Assembly: GCA_017415805.1 (NCBI GenBank)
Contig: JAFQEC010000008.1
Span: 108,111-172,110, forward strand
Direction: 5' to 3'
DNA: 64,000 nt
Origin: Clostridia bacterium
Lineage (GTDB): Bacteria > Bacillota > Clostridia > Oscillospirales > CAG-272
The position numbers and the translations under genes were made by a program. Positions within the stretch are counted from its first letter, which is position 1. Every line of letters starts with the position of its first letter. The notes under the pieces are model-generated. The model saw nothing but the letters and a program-made list of their open reading frames with translations. It searched no databases and was not told the DNA's origin. This document shows, piece after piece, positions 40,111 to 50,010 of the stretch.

Positions 40111-41190
40111 TTACGGGTCAATGTCGTACCCGTCGAGTATATCGTAATTATACCCAAATGTCAGTGTCTCTACCCACCCGTTGTACCAATCGGCAAACGC
40201 AGCGTCATACAGTGCCATACGCGCCGAAACCTCGCCGTAAGTCATACCGTTGCCCGTGTAAAGCAACAGATAGATCACGCCGCCCGTGTCCACGCGCCCC
40301 GCGTCGCCCACCTCGCGCCCTGCGGCAAACAGCCACCGGGAGATCGCCGCAACACCGCTGTTGTCGGGGGTGAGATTTTGCTCACGCGCGACGGTGCCCT
40401 CGCCCGAAAAGCTCTGCATGGTGGCATCGGTCGGGCTTGACAGCAGCGTCTGCATCAGCTCCTCGGCCTTGGCCTTGGTGGCCGCCGCCGTGCCCGAGGT
40501 CAGCATCAGATAGGTCAGATTACGCGATTTGGTGGCATCGGTAAAGCCGTTTGCGCTGGCGTAGTCGCGAATGGCGCTCGCGGTGATGCCGTTCTCCAGC
40601 GTGCTGTTCACGGTCGCGGCGTGTGCCGAGGCAAGGGCACGCAGCTCCAGCACCGCACGCAGATCCCCCTCGGTCATCAAGGGGCCGTACAGCCGCTGCA
40701 AATAGGGCTCCAGCTCCATCGAATAGCCTGCCGCGGCATCAAAGCGCAGACGCGCGATCTCACTCTCGACCGTGGCCCTTTGTGCGTCGGTCAGCGTCAC
40801 GCCTGCGGCGTGCGCCGCTTCACAGTATATGAGCATCTCCGAGACGCTGCGCAAGGTCTCGTTCATGATCACGTCATACCATGACTGCGTATCGGTATAC
40901 ATCTGATCGTGCAGGGATTTGGTACTGTCGTAGGGCTTGTTCTTCTCCATGGTGGACAGCAGCACGCCGCCGTAATCGTAGAAGAAATACGCCATCATAC
41001 CGGGGGTCACGGTGAAATGGTCGGTCTGCATGGCAACACCGTCGTCGTGCACGGCCACACCCTCGATCATGGAGAGCCCCGGGCTCAGGGGCGCGGTGCT
41101 CTTTTTCTTGCAGGCGACAAGCCCGAGCAAAAGGCAGAGCGCCAACGCTATGGAAAGAATCCGCACGACGGCGGCCGTTCTTTGATTCAT
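40111..41190 (-). CDS. lipoprotein, paralog of the N-terminal region of the adjacent PPIase
   Basis: ATG 41190; signal peptide with lipobox LVAC; blocks TPGMMAYFFY, CEAAHAAGVTLT, LELRALAS match 41276..43222. Confidence 0.7.
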   Translation of the reverse strand: MNQRTAAVVRILSIALALCLLLGLVACKKKSTAPLSPGLSMIEGVAVHDDGVAMQTDHFTVTPGMMAYFFYDYGGVLLSTMEKNKPYDSTKSLHDQMYTDTQSWYDVIMNETLRSVSEMLIYCEAAHAAGVTLTDAQRATVESEIARLRFDAAAGYSMELEPYLQRLYGPLMTEGDLRAVLELRALASAHAATVNSTLENGITASAIRDYASANGFTDATKSRNLTYLMLTSGTAAATKAKAEELMQTLLSSPTDATMQSFSGEGTVAREQNLTPDNSGVAAISRWLFAAGREVGDAGRVDTGGVIYLLLYTGNGMTYGEVSARMALYDAAFADWYNGWVETLTFGYNYDILDGYDIDP

Positions 41191-41275
41191 CTGCACTCCC
41201 ACTTCCTCGATGCAAATGGCTCGGAGCAGCACGCCCGAGCCATTCGTATTTATGCGCGGTCGCGCGTGGGGGCGA

Positions 41276-43222
41276 TCAGCCCTTCACACACTTCCACTTA
41301 TTGGCATGGATCTCAACGGATGCGCCCTTTACAAAGTCGGTCAGCCACGCCTGATAATCGCTTGAGCCAAGGGAGGAGCGGATCGTGCTTCTCCAAGCGA
41401 GGCCCTCGCCGCGATACATCATGATATGGCAGCCGTAATCCTTGCTGGTGACAGGCTCGGGATACGAGATCTCGCCCACCACACGCGCCGCGTCGAACAG
41501 CCAGCTCTCAAACTCGTCCACCATCTGGCCCTCGGCAACCTCGTCGTAGAAGACGTTGCCGTCCTCGGTGTACAGAAGTCCGTACTCCTCGAACACAGCC
41601 TCATCGACCGTATAGTAGGTCTTGCCGTCCTTGGTCACAGCGGTGATCTTGCCCTCATCGTAGAGCATATCCAGCAGCTCGATGGCCATGGCGTATGCGG
41701 TCAGCATATCCACGCCCTGCTTTGCCAGCACGCGGTCAGCAAGCTCCTTGACCTTACCCGTAAGGCTGTCGGTATTCGTCAGGCCGTCGTAGGTTTTGCT
41801 GGCGAAGAGGATGTGTCCCGCATCGCGCACCACACTGCTTTCGCGGTGGATCGCGCCGGTAACAACATATGCGGAATAGGTGGACTTCACGGACTTATAT
41901 TTGCCGTCCGCATCGGCCTTTGCGTTCGTCGCGTCCACGAACTTGGTGGCATCACCGGGTCTGCGAAGGTGCACGGAAATCTCTTTGCCCTCATCGTCCT
42001 TCTCTTTCTTGGTCTCAAAGAGCCACTTTTCAAACTTGTCGGTGCTGTCCTTGCCGCTGAAATCGGTCACTGCGGCGGCCGTCAGCTTGGACATTGCCGT
42101 GCCATCGGCCTTCTTGGCCGCCTTATTCTCACACGCCTCAATTTCCTCGGGGGTCAGCGTGATGGTGTCGGGATCTGTGTTTTCGTCGGCGTTCTTCTTT
42201 TTCGTCTCCAGCGCCGTATTCTTCTCCTTGGTCAGCGCCTCCTCGTATGCATCCTCATAGAGGTAGCCGTAAAGCAGTGCATTGAACGCCTTTGCGTCGG
42301 GGGCCTTGGCCAGTGCCTCTACACGCGCAGCGTACTTCGCCTGCAATGCGGCGTATGCGGCCAGTGCCTCGGTCTGATCGGCCGTCTCCTCGCCCTCGGC
42401 GGGGGTTGCGGGCGTAAACTTTGCCTCAAAGGTGTAGCCGATATAGTCCATGTACTTGTCGTATGCCGAGGGGTTTGCGGCATACTGCTCCTGAATACGC
42501 AGATCGGTAATGGCGTTGAGCACCTCCTGATTGCGTACGGCCGTATACTTCGACGCCAGCCGCTCGAGCTCCATCATCTTGCGCATGTCGCGTGCATTGA
42601 CGCCCTCGCCGTACATAGCGGCAACGTATGCGTTGGTGGAATAGCCGTACTGTGCGGCGTAGGTATCGAGCGATTCAACCGTCTGATCGATCGTGGCATA
42701 ATCCTCCTCGGTGAGGGCCATACCGTAATAGTCGGCCATCTCGCAGCAGGCAAGAAGCTGCTTCACGTATTCCTCGGCGCTCGCGGCGAAATGATCAAAC
42801 CAGGTCTTGGTCACATTGCCCTCGTCGTCGCGCTCATAGACCTGCGAGCGCAGATCCATGGTGGCGGTATTCAGCGGATCGCCGTTCTTGCCGCCGCCGA
42901 TCTTCGGCGCGGTCGAGCTTGAGCTGTATTGCTGATACATCGAGATCAGGTTTTGGCGCTGTGCATATACCGCATACGTCATCATCGTGCCCGAGATCTT
43001 GTAGTTCTCGCTCTCGGCAACCGTCTGCATGCGCGAGAAGGTGCCGCGGCGGTTCAGCGACAGCGCGCCGATGAAGATCAGCAGCACGGCCAGCACGCCA
43101 ACGACGATCAGCGTGCCTACCCAGGTCGGCAGCTCACGCTTTTTCTTCTGCGTCTTGCGGATAGTGGGAGCGCTCAGTACCTGATTCGCTCTTTCCTGTC
43201 TTGTTCTGTTTCCTTTTCCCAT
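41276..43222 (-). CDS. membrane-anchored peptidyl-prolyl isomerase (parvulin domain, PrsA/PpiD-like)
   Basis: N-terminal TM anchor; C-terminal parvulin block HILF...GQMVDEFESWLF...GCHIMMY; ATG 43222 preferred (AGGTGG SD), 43243 possible. Confidence 0.75.
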   Translation of the reverse strand: MGKGNRTRQERANQVLSAPTIRKTQKKKRELPTWVGTLIVVGVLAVLLIFIGALSLNRRGTFSRMQTVAESENYKISGTMMTYAVYAQRQNLISMYQQYSSSSTAPKIGGGKNGDPLNTATMDLRSQVYERDDEGNVTKTWFDHFAASAEEYVKQLLACCEMADYYGMALTEEDYATIDQTVESLDTYAAQYGYSTNAYVAAMYGEGVNARDMRKMMELERLASKYTAVRNQEVLNAITDLRIQEQYAANPSAYDKYMDYIGYTFEAKFTPATPAEGEETADQTEALAAYAALQAKYAARVEALAKAPDAKAFNALLYGYLYEDAYEEALTKEKNTALETKKKNADENTDPDTITLTPEEIEACENKAAKKADGTAMSKLTAAAVTDFSGKDSTDKFEKWLFETKKEKDDEGKEISVHLRRPGDATKFVDATNAKADADGKYKSVKSTYSAYVVTGAIHRESSVVRDAGHILFASKTYDGLTNTDSLTGKVKELADRVLAKQGVDMLTAYAMAIELLDMLYDEGKITAVTKDGKTYYTVDEAVFEEYGLLYTEDGNVFYDEVAEGQMVDEFESWLFDAARVVGEISYPEPVTSKDYGCHIMMYRGEGLAWRSTIRSSLGSSDYQAWLTDFVKGASVEIHANKWKCVKG

Positions 43223-43341
43223 TTTCGGTTCCACCTTTGTCATAGTATTTCATATCGCGCACCGAGGTGCACGTTTATTGGGACACATTGAGAATAGCAC
43301 ATCACCGTGTCGGTTTTTTGACCGTCACGTGAACAACGTGC

Positions 43342-45126
43342 TCACACATCCATAATGATGGGCAGGATCATCGGCTTGCGCCCGGTTTTGGAGAATACGA
43401 AGCGCGAAAGATCGTCACGCACGCGCGTCTTGATACGCATGCGGTCGCCGCGGTCGCGCGACTCAAGGCAAGATTGCAAAGAGCGCTGGACCACGCGCTT
43501 GGCCTCGTCCATGAGCGACTCGTTCTCACGCACGTACACAAAGCCGCGTGAGACCACGTCAGGCCCCGAAACAAGCAGTCCGTGGTCGTTGTCCACCGTG
43601 GCTACCACCACGATGAGTCCGTCCTCGGCCAGATGCTTGCGGTCGCGCAGCACGATGTTGCCCACGTCGCCCACGCCGTAGCCGTCCACCAGAACCTGAC
43701 CTGCGGGAACGGTGCCCGCAAAGCGTGCGCCCTTCTCGTCGATCTCCAATACCTTGCCGATCTCCGACACGAAGATATTGCGGCTCGGAATACCCATTTC
43801 CAGTGCCAGCTCTCGGTTTGCGGCAAGGTGCCGCGATTCGCCGTGGATCGGCATGAAATAACGGGGCTTGGTGAGTGCCTGCATGAGCTTGAGCTCCTCC
43901 TGGCAGGCGTGGCCCGACACGTGCACCGCCATCGCGGCATCGTGCAGCACCTCCACGCCGTTGCGCGAGAGCTCGTTGATCACACGCCCCACCAGCTTTT
44001 CGTTACCGGGGATCGCACTGGAGGAAAGCACCACCAGATCGCGCTCACCGAGCGTCACCTGATTGTGGTCGGAATACGCCATGCGGTAAAGCGCCGACAT
44101 GGGCTCGCCCTGGCTGCCCGTGGTCACGAGCGTGAGCTGCTCGGGCGCATAACGCTTGATCTCATTGATGTCGATGAGCACGCCCTTGGGGACGTTCATA
44201 TACCCCAGCTCTACGGCCGCGCCCACGATATTGAGCATGCTGCGCCCCGTAACAGCGACCTTGCGCCCGTGCTCGGCACTGATATCAATGATCTGCTGCA
44301 CGCGATGCACGTTCGAGGAGAACGTGGAGATCACGATGCGCTTATCGGGATTGGAGCGGAAAATATAGTTCAGCGACTGCCCCACCTTCTTTTCCGAGGG
44401 GGTAAAGCCCGGTCGCTCGGCATTGGTGGACTCGCACAGCAGCATCAAAACGCCCTTGTTTCCAAGCTCACCAAGGCGCGCCACGTTCATCATCTCGCCC
44501 TGAATGGGGGTGATGTCCAGCTTGAAGTCGCCCGTGTGCAGTACGGTGCCGAGCGGCGTATGGATCGCAAGACAGCAGGCATCCGCGATCGAGTGGTTGA
44601 CACGGATGAATTCCACATTCAGCGCGCCTGCACGAACCGTGCTTCCCGCCGAAACGGTACGCAGATCGGCCTGCCAGGGAAGCGCGTGCTCCTGCAGCTT
44701 GTTCTTGATGATACCGACCGTGAGCTTTGTGCCGTAGATCGGGGTATTGACGGTGCGCAGCACATACGGAATGGCACCGATGTGATCCTCATGCCCGTGC
44801 GTCAGGAAAATTCCGCGCAGGCGGTGCTGATTCTGTTCAAGATAGGTCACGTCCGGGATCACAAGATCCACACCCAGCATATCTTCATCAGGGAATGCGA
44901 GTCCGCAATCCACTGCAATCATATCGTTTTCGTATTCGATCACCGTCAGGTTCTTGCCGATCTCCTGCAAGCCACCCAGCGGTATAATGCGGATCTTACC
45001 CTTGCTCTTGCCCTTTCTCGGCTCGGGCGCGGCGTTCCTTACCGCTTGCTTTTTCACTTCTTTTTTGACAACGCGTCTCGCGTCCTTTTTTTCCTCTTGC
45101 CCGATCTCTTTTTTTATCTTCGGCAT
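43342..45126 (-). CDS. rnj: ribonuclease J
   Basis: Metallo-beta-lactamase HGHEDH + beta-CASP; Lys-rich ~45-aa N-terminal extension. Confidence 0.95.
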   Translation of the reverse strand: MPKIKKEIGQEEKKDARRVVKKEVKKQAVRNAAPEPRKGKSKGKIRIIPLGGLQEIGKNLTVIEYENDMIAVDCGLAFPDEDMLGVDLVIPDVTYLEQNQHRLRGIFLTHGHEDHIGAIPYVLRTVNTPIYGTKLTVGIIKNKLQEHALPWQADLRTVSAGSTVRAGALNVEFIRVNHSIADACCLAIHTPLGTVLHTGDFKLDITPIQGEMMNVARLGELGNKGVLMLLCESTNAERPGFTPSEKKVGQSLNYIFRSNPDKRIVISTFSSNVHRVQQIIDISAEHGRKVAVTGRSMLNIVGAAVELGYMNVPKGVLIDINEIKRYAPEQLTLVTTGSQGEPMSALYRMAYSDHNQVTLGERDLVVLSSSAIPGNEKLVGRVINELSRNGVEVLHDAAMAVHVSGHACQEELKLMQALTKPRYFMPIHGESRHLAANRELALEMGIPSRNIFVSEIGKVLEIDEKGARFAGTVPAGQVLVDGYGVGDVGNIVLRDRKHLAEDGLIVVVATVDNDHGLLVSGPDVVSRGFVYVRENESLMDEAKRVVQRSLQSCLESRDRGDRMRIKTRVRDDLSRFVFSKTGRKPMILPIIMDV

Positions 45127-45259
45127 AATTCCTCCTTGATTTTTTGAAGATCCGTCATCAAGTCACCCCTGTGCTCGGCCGTTTTTGGCACGGTATCACG
45201 TCCCCCCGCGCGCACGCGCCGACGGGCGATCTTACAATTTGGATCGATTCATTCATACT

Positions 45260-45288
45260 ATTATACACCCAAGCGAGATTCTTGTCAA
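45260..45288 (-). promoter_or_regulatory. rnj promoter (TTGACA-17-TATAAT)
   Basis: Minus-strand TTGACA 45283-45288, TATAAT 45260-45265; implies a ~125-nt 5' UTR. Confidence 0.6.
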
Positions 45289-45292
45289 GTAT

Positions 45293-45556
45293 TCAAAAGC
45301 CAATGAGGGCGCGCAGCAGCAAAAAAATGCCCGCCCCCAGCAAAAAGCCGAGCAAAAAAAGCAACACGCCCCGTCCGCGGTGACGCCGCCGTGCAAAATA
45401 TCCGCTTCCCGCCCCGATGATGCGATTGGCCTCTGCCAGCATATCACCGCGTGGCAGTGTGGGCTTTTCGCGGCGCAGAATAAAATACGCGTGCTCAAAC
45501 AGCGCGCTGTCCTGCGTTTGCAATACGATCATTTCTCTCTGACAACCCTTGAGCAT
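45293..45556 (-). CDS. small hypothetical protein with C-terminal TM helix
   Basis: ATG 45556 after GGAGGTGA; MLKGCQREMIVLQTQDSALFEHAYFILR... then VLLFLLGFLLGAGIFLLL. Confidence 0.6.
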   Translation of the reverse strand: MLKGCQREMIVLQTQDSALFEHAYFILRREKPTLPRGDMLAEANRIIGAGSGYFARRRHRGRGVLLFLLGFLLGAGIFLLLRALIGF

Positions 45557-45733
45557 AGTTTCACCTCCGTTTTCTACCATTCTTGCCGTTTTCCGCATTT
45601 CTCAATCATCCAAAAAAGCCGCAAAACGCATACCGTATGCCCCCTTATCGACAAAAAAGCAGAAAATTCCCGATAAATGCAGGCGGCCGTCCTCTAAAAA
45701 TGTGAAGTTTCCATAAATTCCCATTTTTGGCTA

Positions 45734-45762
45734 TTGACAACCATATTTCGACCTCGTATAAT
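45734..45762 (+). promoter_or_regulatory. promoter (TTGACA-17-TATAAT) of the abrB-like gene
   Basis: TTGACA 45734-45739, TATAAT 45757-45762. Confidence 0.65.
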
Positions 45763-45825
45763 AAGAATGAGGGCGACTCCTGTCGCTTCCTGCAAAAATC
45801 CGTAAAATCAAATGGGGGGAGTATT

Positions 45826-46068
45826 ATGAGAGCAACCGGAATTACCCGTCGAGTCGATGATCTTGGACGTTTTGTCCTGCCTGCTGAGATCCGCCGCACG
45901 CTGGATATTGCTTTGGGCGATGCGCTGGAGATCTTTACGGATGGCGATCGCATCATCCTCAAAAAATACGAGCCGTCCTGCACCTTCTGTGAAAGCGCGG
46001 ATGACGTGATTCCCTTTGGCGACAAGCGCATCTGCCGCGCGTGCTTAAAAAAATTAAAGGCGCTGTGA
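45826..46068 (+). CDS. AbrB/SpoVT-family DNA-binding protein with C-terminal CxxC..CxxC
   Basis: ATG 45826 after GGGGGGAG; swapped-hairpin motif TRRVDDLGRFVLPAEIRRTL; CTFC...CRAC tail. Confidence 0.85.
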   Translation: MRATGITRRVDDLGRFVLPAEIRRTLDIALGDALEIFTDGDRIILKKYEPSCTFCESADDVIPFGDKRICRACLKKLKAL

Positions 46069-46072
46069 TGCG

Positions 46073-46633
46073 ATGATCGATCTGGCATTTGTTCCGCAGC
46101 CGATCCCCTGTGCGCGCGATGCGCAAAGCCGAGCCGCGCATGCGCGGCTCGCGGCGCTCCTGCATGCGCACGGAATCTGTGCAACGGCCGTCGAGCGCAC
46201 GCCGTCGGGGCGCCCCTTTCCGGTCGGGCTTCCGCACGTGGATTTCAGCATCTCGCACACACAAGGGCTGTCTGTCGTGGCACTGTGCACCGTGCCTGAA
46301 GGCGAAAACGCGCCCCGCATCGGCGTTGACGTAGAGCACATCGGTTCACTCGCGTCATCGCACATCATGCGCCTTGCAGAGCGTTTTTTTGCCCCCTGCG
46401 AGCGTGCGTTCCTTGAGACGCATAAGGATGATGTTCTCCACGCATTCGCCACGGTATTCACAAGAAAAGAGGCCCTTGCAAAATGCCGCGGCGACGGGCT
46501 ATCACACCATCTGCGCACAACCGACACGATGCAAGAGGGCTTTGAGCAAGCCGAGCATGTGCGCTTTTCTACCCCCGATGCACCTGCGGGATATTGTATT
46601 ACACTTTGCACGCAGGCCCAAAGCTCGCTCTGA
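46073..46633 (+). CDS. 4'-phosphopantetheinyl transferase (Sfp type)
   Basis: GRPF..FSISHT, IGVDVEHI, FTRKEALAK motifs. Confidence 0.85.
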   Translation: MIDLAFVPQPIPCARDAQSRAAHARLAALLHAHGICATAVERTPSGRPFPVGLPHVDFSISHTQGLSVVALCTVPEGENAPRIGVDVEHIGSLASSHIMRLAERFFAPCERAFLETHKDDVLHAFATVFTRKEALAKCRGDGLSHHLRTTDTMQEGFEQAEHVRFSTPDAPAGYCITLCTQAQSSL

Positions 46634-46636
46634 TAA

Positions 46637-46676
46637 ACAAAAACAGTCCCCGCACGCCGTGCGGGGACTGTTTTTG
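46637..46676. terminator. bidirectional intrinsic terminator
   Basis: AAAAACAGTCCCCGCA-cgccg-TGCGGGGACTGTTTTT. Confidence 0.85.
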
Positions 46677-46682
46677 TTGCAA

Positions 46683-47027
46683 TTACTCCTCAACCAACTG
46701 AATCAGAGCCATCTCTGCGGCATCACCGCGACGGGGACCCATCTTGTAGATGCGGGTGTAACCACCGTTACGGGTCTCATACTTGGGAGCGATCTCGTTG
46801 AACACCTTCGTGACAACATCCTCCTTCGTAATATATGCCAGAGCAGCACGGCGGCTGGCGAGTGTATTCTTCTTGCCAAGCGTGATCATCTTCTCTGCCA
46901 TGGAACGGACCTCCTTTGCTCTTGCAAGCGTGGTCTCCACGGTACCGTTCTCCAGCAGGTAGGTCACGAGCCCACGCAGCATCGCATTGCGGTGCTCGGT
47001 GGGTCTGCCGAGTTTTCTTCCGGGCAT
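46683..47027 (-). CDS. rplQ: 50S ribosomal protein L17
   Basis: Sequence and position after rpoA. Confidence 0.95.
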   Translation of the reverse strand: MPGRKLGRPTEHRNAMLRGLVTYLLENGTVETTLARAKEVRSMAEKMITLGKKNTLASRRAALAYITKEDVVTKVFNEIAPKYETRNGGYTRIYKMGPRRGDAAEMALIQLVEE

Positions 47028-47061
47028 GGTATTCCCTCCTATACTTTAGCTGTAGTAGCGC

Positions 47062-48036
47062 TTACTCCTCTTCCTTCTTCAGGTCGAGACCGAGCGAGCG
47101 CAGTTTCTGAATAACTTCCTCAAGCGACTTCTTGCCGAGGTTGCGGACCTTGATCATGTCCTCCTCGGTGCGATTGGTCAGATCTTCCACCGTGTCAATG
47201 CCGGCGCGCTTCAAGCAGTTGAAGCTGCGAACCGACATGTCAAGCTCTTCAATGGTCATCTCAAGGACCTTTTCCTTGATGGTCTCCTCGCGTTCGACCA
47301 TGATCTCTGCCTTCTTTGCCTCATCGGTGAGATTGACAAACAAGTTGAGATGCTCGTTGAGGATCTTGGCTCCAAGAGAAATCGCGTCCTTGGCTGTGAT
47401 CGTGCCGTTCGTGAGAACGTCGATGGTCAGCTTGTCAAGATCGGTAATGTTACCGACGCGCGTATTCTCCACGGTATAATTCACCTTGTAGACAGGCGTA
47501 TAGATAGAGTCGGTGTAGATCGTGCCGATGGGTGCGCTGACATTTGCGCCCAGTGCCAGTGCGGCATTCTGCTTGTTGCGCTCCTGCGATACGTAGCCAC
47601 GACCGTGATCAAAGGTCAACTCCATATAGAAATGCTCGTTCTCAGCAACCGTTGCGATATGATGCGCGGGATTGAGGATCTCAAGATCGGCATCCTGCTT
47701 GATGTCACCTGCGGTTACCTCGCAAGGACCCGTCACATCGATGATCGCGGTCTTGACCGTGTTGCTGAAGAGCTTTGCCGTGATACCCTTGACGTTGAGG
47801 ACGATCTCCGTCACATCCTCGGTGACGCCGGGAACGGTCGAAAATTCATGAAGGACACCGTCGATCTTGATGCTTGTGACTGCAACACCCTGCAGGGAGC
47901 TGAGCATGATTCTGCGCAACGAGTTGCCCAGAGTGATACCATAGCCACGCTCCAGGGGATCCACGACAAACGTACCGCTGGTGCCATCCTCGCTCAGATG
48001 AGCGATGGTAATATTCGGCTTTTCAATTTCAAGCAT
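47062..48036 (-). CDS. rpoA: DNA-directed RNA polymerase subunit alpha
   Basis: 324 aa; NTD plus CTD ([19 protein letters not shown]). Confidence 0.97.
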   Translation of the reverse strand: MLEIEKPNITIAHLSEDGTSGTFVVDPLERGYGITLGNSLRRIMLSSLQGVAVTSIKIDGVLHEFSTVPGVTEDVTEIVLNVKGITAKLFSNTVKTAIIDVTGPCEVTAGDIKQDADLEILNPAHHIATVAENEHFYMELTFDHGRGYVSQERNKQNAALALGANVSAPIGTIYTDSIYTPVYKVNYTVENTRVGNITDLDKLTIDVLTNGTITAKDAISLGAKILNEHLNLFVNLTDEAKKAEIMVEREETIKEKVLEMTIEELDMSVRSFNCLKRAGIDTVEDLTNRTEEDMIKVRNLGKKSLEEVIQKLRSLGLDLKKEEE

Positions 48037-48132
48037 TCTAGTAACCCCTCCTTCTTAAATGTGTGCCGCACATGCGGCGATTTGCATTGAGATGCCCTCA
48101 GGCGGCGCAATTCTGCCCGCCTTGCGGCAGGA

Positions 48133-48759
48133 TTACTTCGAGTACAACTCGACGATGAGCTGCTCGTTGAAGTCGAAATCGATATCCTCGCGTGCGGGAA
48201 GTGCAACGACCTTTGCAGTTGCGTTCTCGCGGTTGACCTCAAGCCACTTGGGAGAAAGTCTGCTTGCAAGACCTTCCATAAGGCTCTTGATCTTGGCGTT
48301 GTCGCGTGCGCCTTCCTTGATTGCGATGACGTCGCCAACCTTTACGGTGATGGAAGGAATGTTGACCTTCTTGCCGTTGAGGGTGAAGTGCGCGTGCAGC
48401 ACGAGCTGACGTGCCTCCTTGCGGCTCTCGGCCATACCCATACGGTAGACCACGTTGTCAAGTCTGCGCTCCAGCAGGACCAGCAGATTCTCACCGGTCA
48501 TGCCGCTCTGACGCTCTGCCTCTGCATAGCAGTTGCGGAACTGGGTCTCGAGGACGCCGTAGTATCTCTTGGTCTTCTGCTTCTCGCGAAGCTGCATACC
48601 ATACTCACGAACCTTCTTGTTCGCTGCACCGTGCTGGCCGGGAACCGTGCTTCTGCGATCGATCGCGCACTTACCGGTCATGCAACGCTCACCCTTGAGG
48701 AACAGCTTGGTGCCCTCACGGCGGCAAAGACGGCACACAGGGCCTGTATATCTAGCCAT
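48133..48759 (-). CDS. rpsD: 30S ribosomal protein S4
   Basis: [17 protein letters not shown]-terminus. Confidence 0.97.
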   Translation of the reverse strand: MARYTGPVCRLCRREGTKLFLKGERCMTGKCAIDRRSTVPGQHGAANKKVREYGMQLREKQKTKRYYGVLETQFRNCYAEAERQSGMTGENLLVLLERRLDNVVYRMGMAESRKEARQLVLHAHFTLNGKKVNIPSITVKVGDVIAIKEGARDNAKIKSLMEGLASRLSPKWLEVNRENATAKVVALPAREDIDFDFNEQLIVELYSK

Positions 48760-48782
48760 TTTTCGTTACCTCCTTGTAAATA

Positions 48783-49175
48783 TCAAACGCGGCGACGCTT
48801 GGGCGGGCGGCAGCCGTTATGGGGGATGGGCGTTACGTCCTTGATCATGGTGACCTGAAGGCCAACAGCCTCCAGCGCACGGATGGCGGATTCACGTCCG
48901 GAGCCGGGACCCTTTACGTAGACCTCAACGGTCTTCAGGCCATGCTCCATCGCAGCCTTTGCAGCCTGCTCTGCAGCGGACTGTGCGGCGAAGGGAGTCG
49001 ACTTGCGGGAGCCCTTGAAGCCCAGCTCACCTGCGGAAGCCCACGAAATCGCATTACCTGCAACGTCGGTCACGGTAATGATGGTGTTATTGAAAGTGGC
49101 GCTGATATGAACGGCACCCTTCTCAATATTTTTGCGCTCGCGGCGTTTCTTAACGACTTTCTTTACGTTTGCCAT
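48783..49175 (-). CDS. rpsK: 30S ribosomal protein S11
   Basis: Conserved sequence; alpha-operon order. Confidence 0.97.
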   Translation of the reverse strand: MANVKKVVKKRRERKNIEKGAVHISATFNNTIITVTDVAGNAISWASAGELGFKGSRKSTPFAAQSAAEQAAKAAMEHGLKTVEVYVKGPGSGRESAIRALEAVGLQVTMIKDVTPIPHNGCRPPKRRRV

Positions 49176-49190
49176 TACGCAGCCTCTCCT

Positions 49191-49559
49191 TTACTTCTTC
49201 TTGTTCGCAATGGTCTTTGCGGGACCCTTGCGCGTTCTCGCGTTGGTTTTGGTTCTCTGACCTCTCACGGGCAGGCCCTTTCTGTGACGGATGCCGCGAT
49301 AGCAGTTGATCTCGACCAGACGCTTGATGTTCAGCGCCACGTCACGGCGAAGATCACCCTCCACGTGGTAGTTGGTCTCGATCTCGTCACGCAGCTTTGC
49401 AACCTCTTCCTCAGTCAGATCCTTTGCACGGGTATCGGGATTGATACCGGTCTTTTCGAGGATGTCGTTTGCGCTCTTGCGGCCAATGCCGTAGATATAG
49501 GTCAGTGCAATTTCCACTCTCTTTTGATTGGGAATATCAACACCTGCAATACGAGCCAT
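49191..49559 (-). CDS. rpsM: 30S ribosomal protein S13
   Basis: [11 protein letters not shown]-terminus. Confidence 0.97.
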   Translation of the reverse strand: MARIAGVDIPNQKRVEIALTYIYGIGRKSANDILEKTGINPDTRAKDLTEEEVAKLRDEIETNYHVEGDLRRDVALNIKRLVEINCYRGIRHRKGLPVRGQRTKTNARTRKGPAKTIANKKK

Positions 49560-49591
49560 TTGTCATTTCACCTCTTTCTGTGTGTGTGGGA

Positions 49592-49705
49592 TTAACCCTG
49601 TCTCTGCTTGTGCTTGGGGTTCTCACAGATGACCATGATGCGGCCTTTTCTCTTGATGACCTTGCACTTCTCGCAGATCTTTTTCACGGATGGCTTTACT
49701 TTCAT
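49592..49705 (-). CDS. rpmJ: 50S ribosomal protein L36
   Basis: Not in the ORF track (37 aa); hand translation [37 protein letters not shown]. Confidence 0.95.
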   Translation of the reverse strand: MKVKPSVKKICEKCKVIKRKGRIMVICENPKHKQRQG

Positions 49706-49752
49706 TTGTTCTACCATTCCTTTCTTCGAAATTGTAGGAGCCTCTCGGTTCC

Positions 49753-49971
49753 TTATTTAGCGCGCCAGGTGATGCGCCCCTTGGTCAGGTCATAGACCGA
49801 AACCTCGATGGTCACACGGTCACCGGGCAGAATACGGATATAGTTCATGCGCAGCTTGCCCGAAATATGAGCCATTACAATGTGGCCGTTGGGCAACTTT
49901 ACCTTGAAGGTGGCGTTGGGCAGTGCCTCAAGCACAACACCCTCAAATTCGATCACGTCATCCTTTGGCAG
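49753..49971 (-). CDS. infA: translation initiation factor IF-1 (start probably CUG at 49971; GTG 49956 is the tracked start)
   Basis: (M)[23 protein letters not shown]...; conserved KDDV lies upstream of the GTG; SD AAGGGAGGG is 6 nt before the CTG. Confidence 0.85.
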   Translation of the reverse strand: MPKDDVIEFEGVVLEALPNATFKVKLPNGHIVMAHISGKLRMNYIRILPGDRVTIEVSVYDLTKGRITWRAK

Positions 49972-50010
49972 AAGAATCCCTCCCTTGATTTATTTTGGTA
50001 TTTGCGATTG

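Noticed and set aside
48037-48132. 96-nt rpsD/rpoA spacer with small GC hairpins (GCCGC-augu-GCGGC, CUGCC...GGCAG)
   Set aside because: The spacer is short and the stems weak. I recognise no repeat or covariation evidence, so it is not distinguishable from ordinary intercistronic structure.
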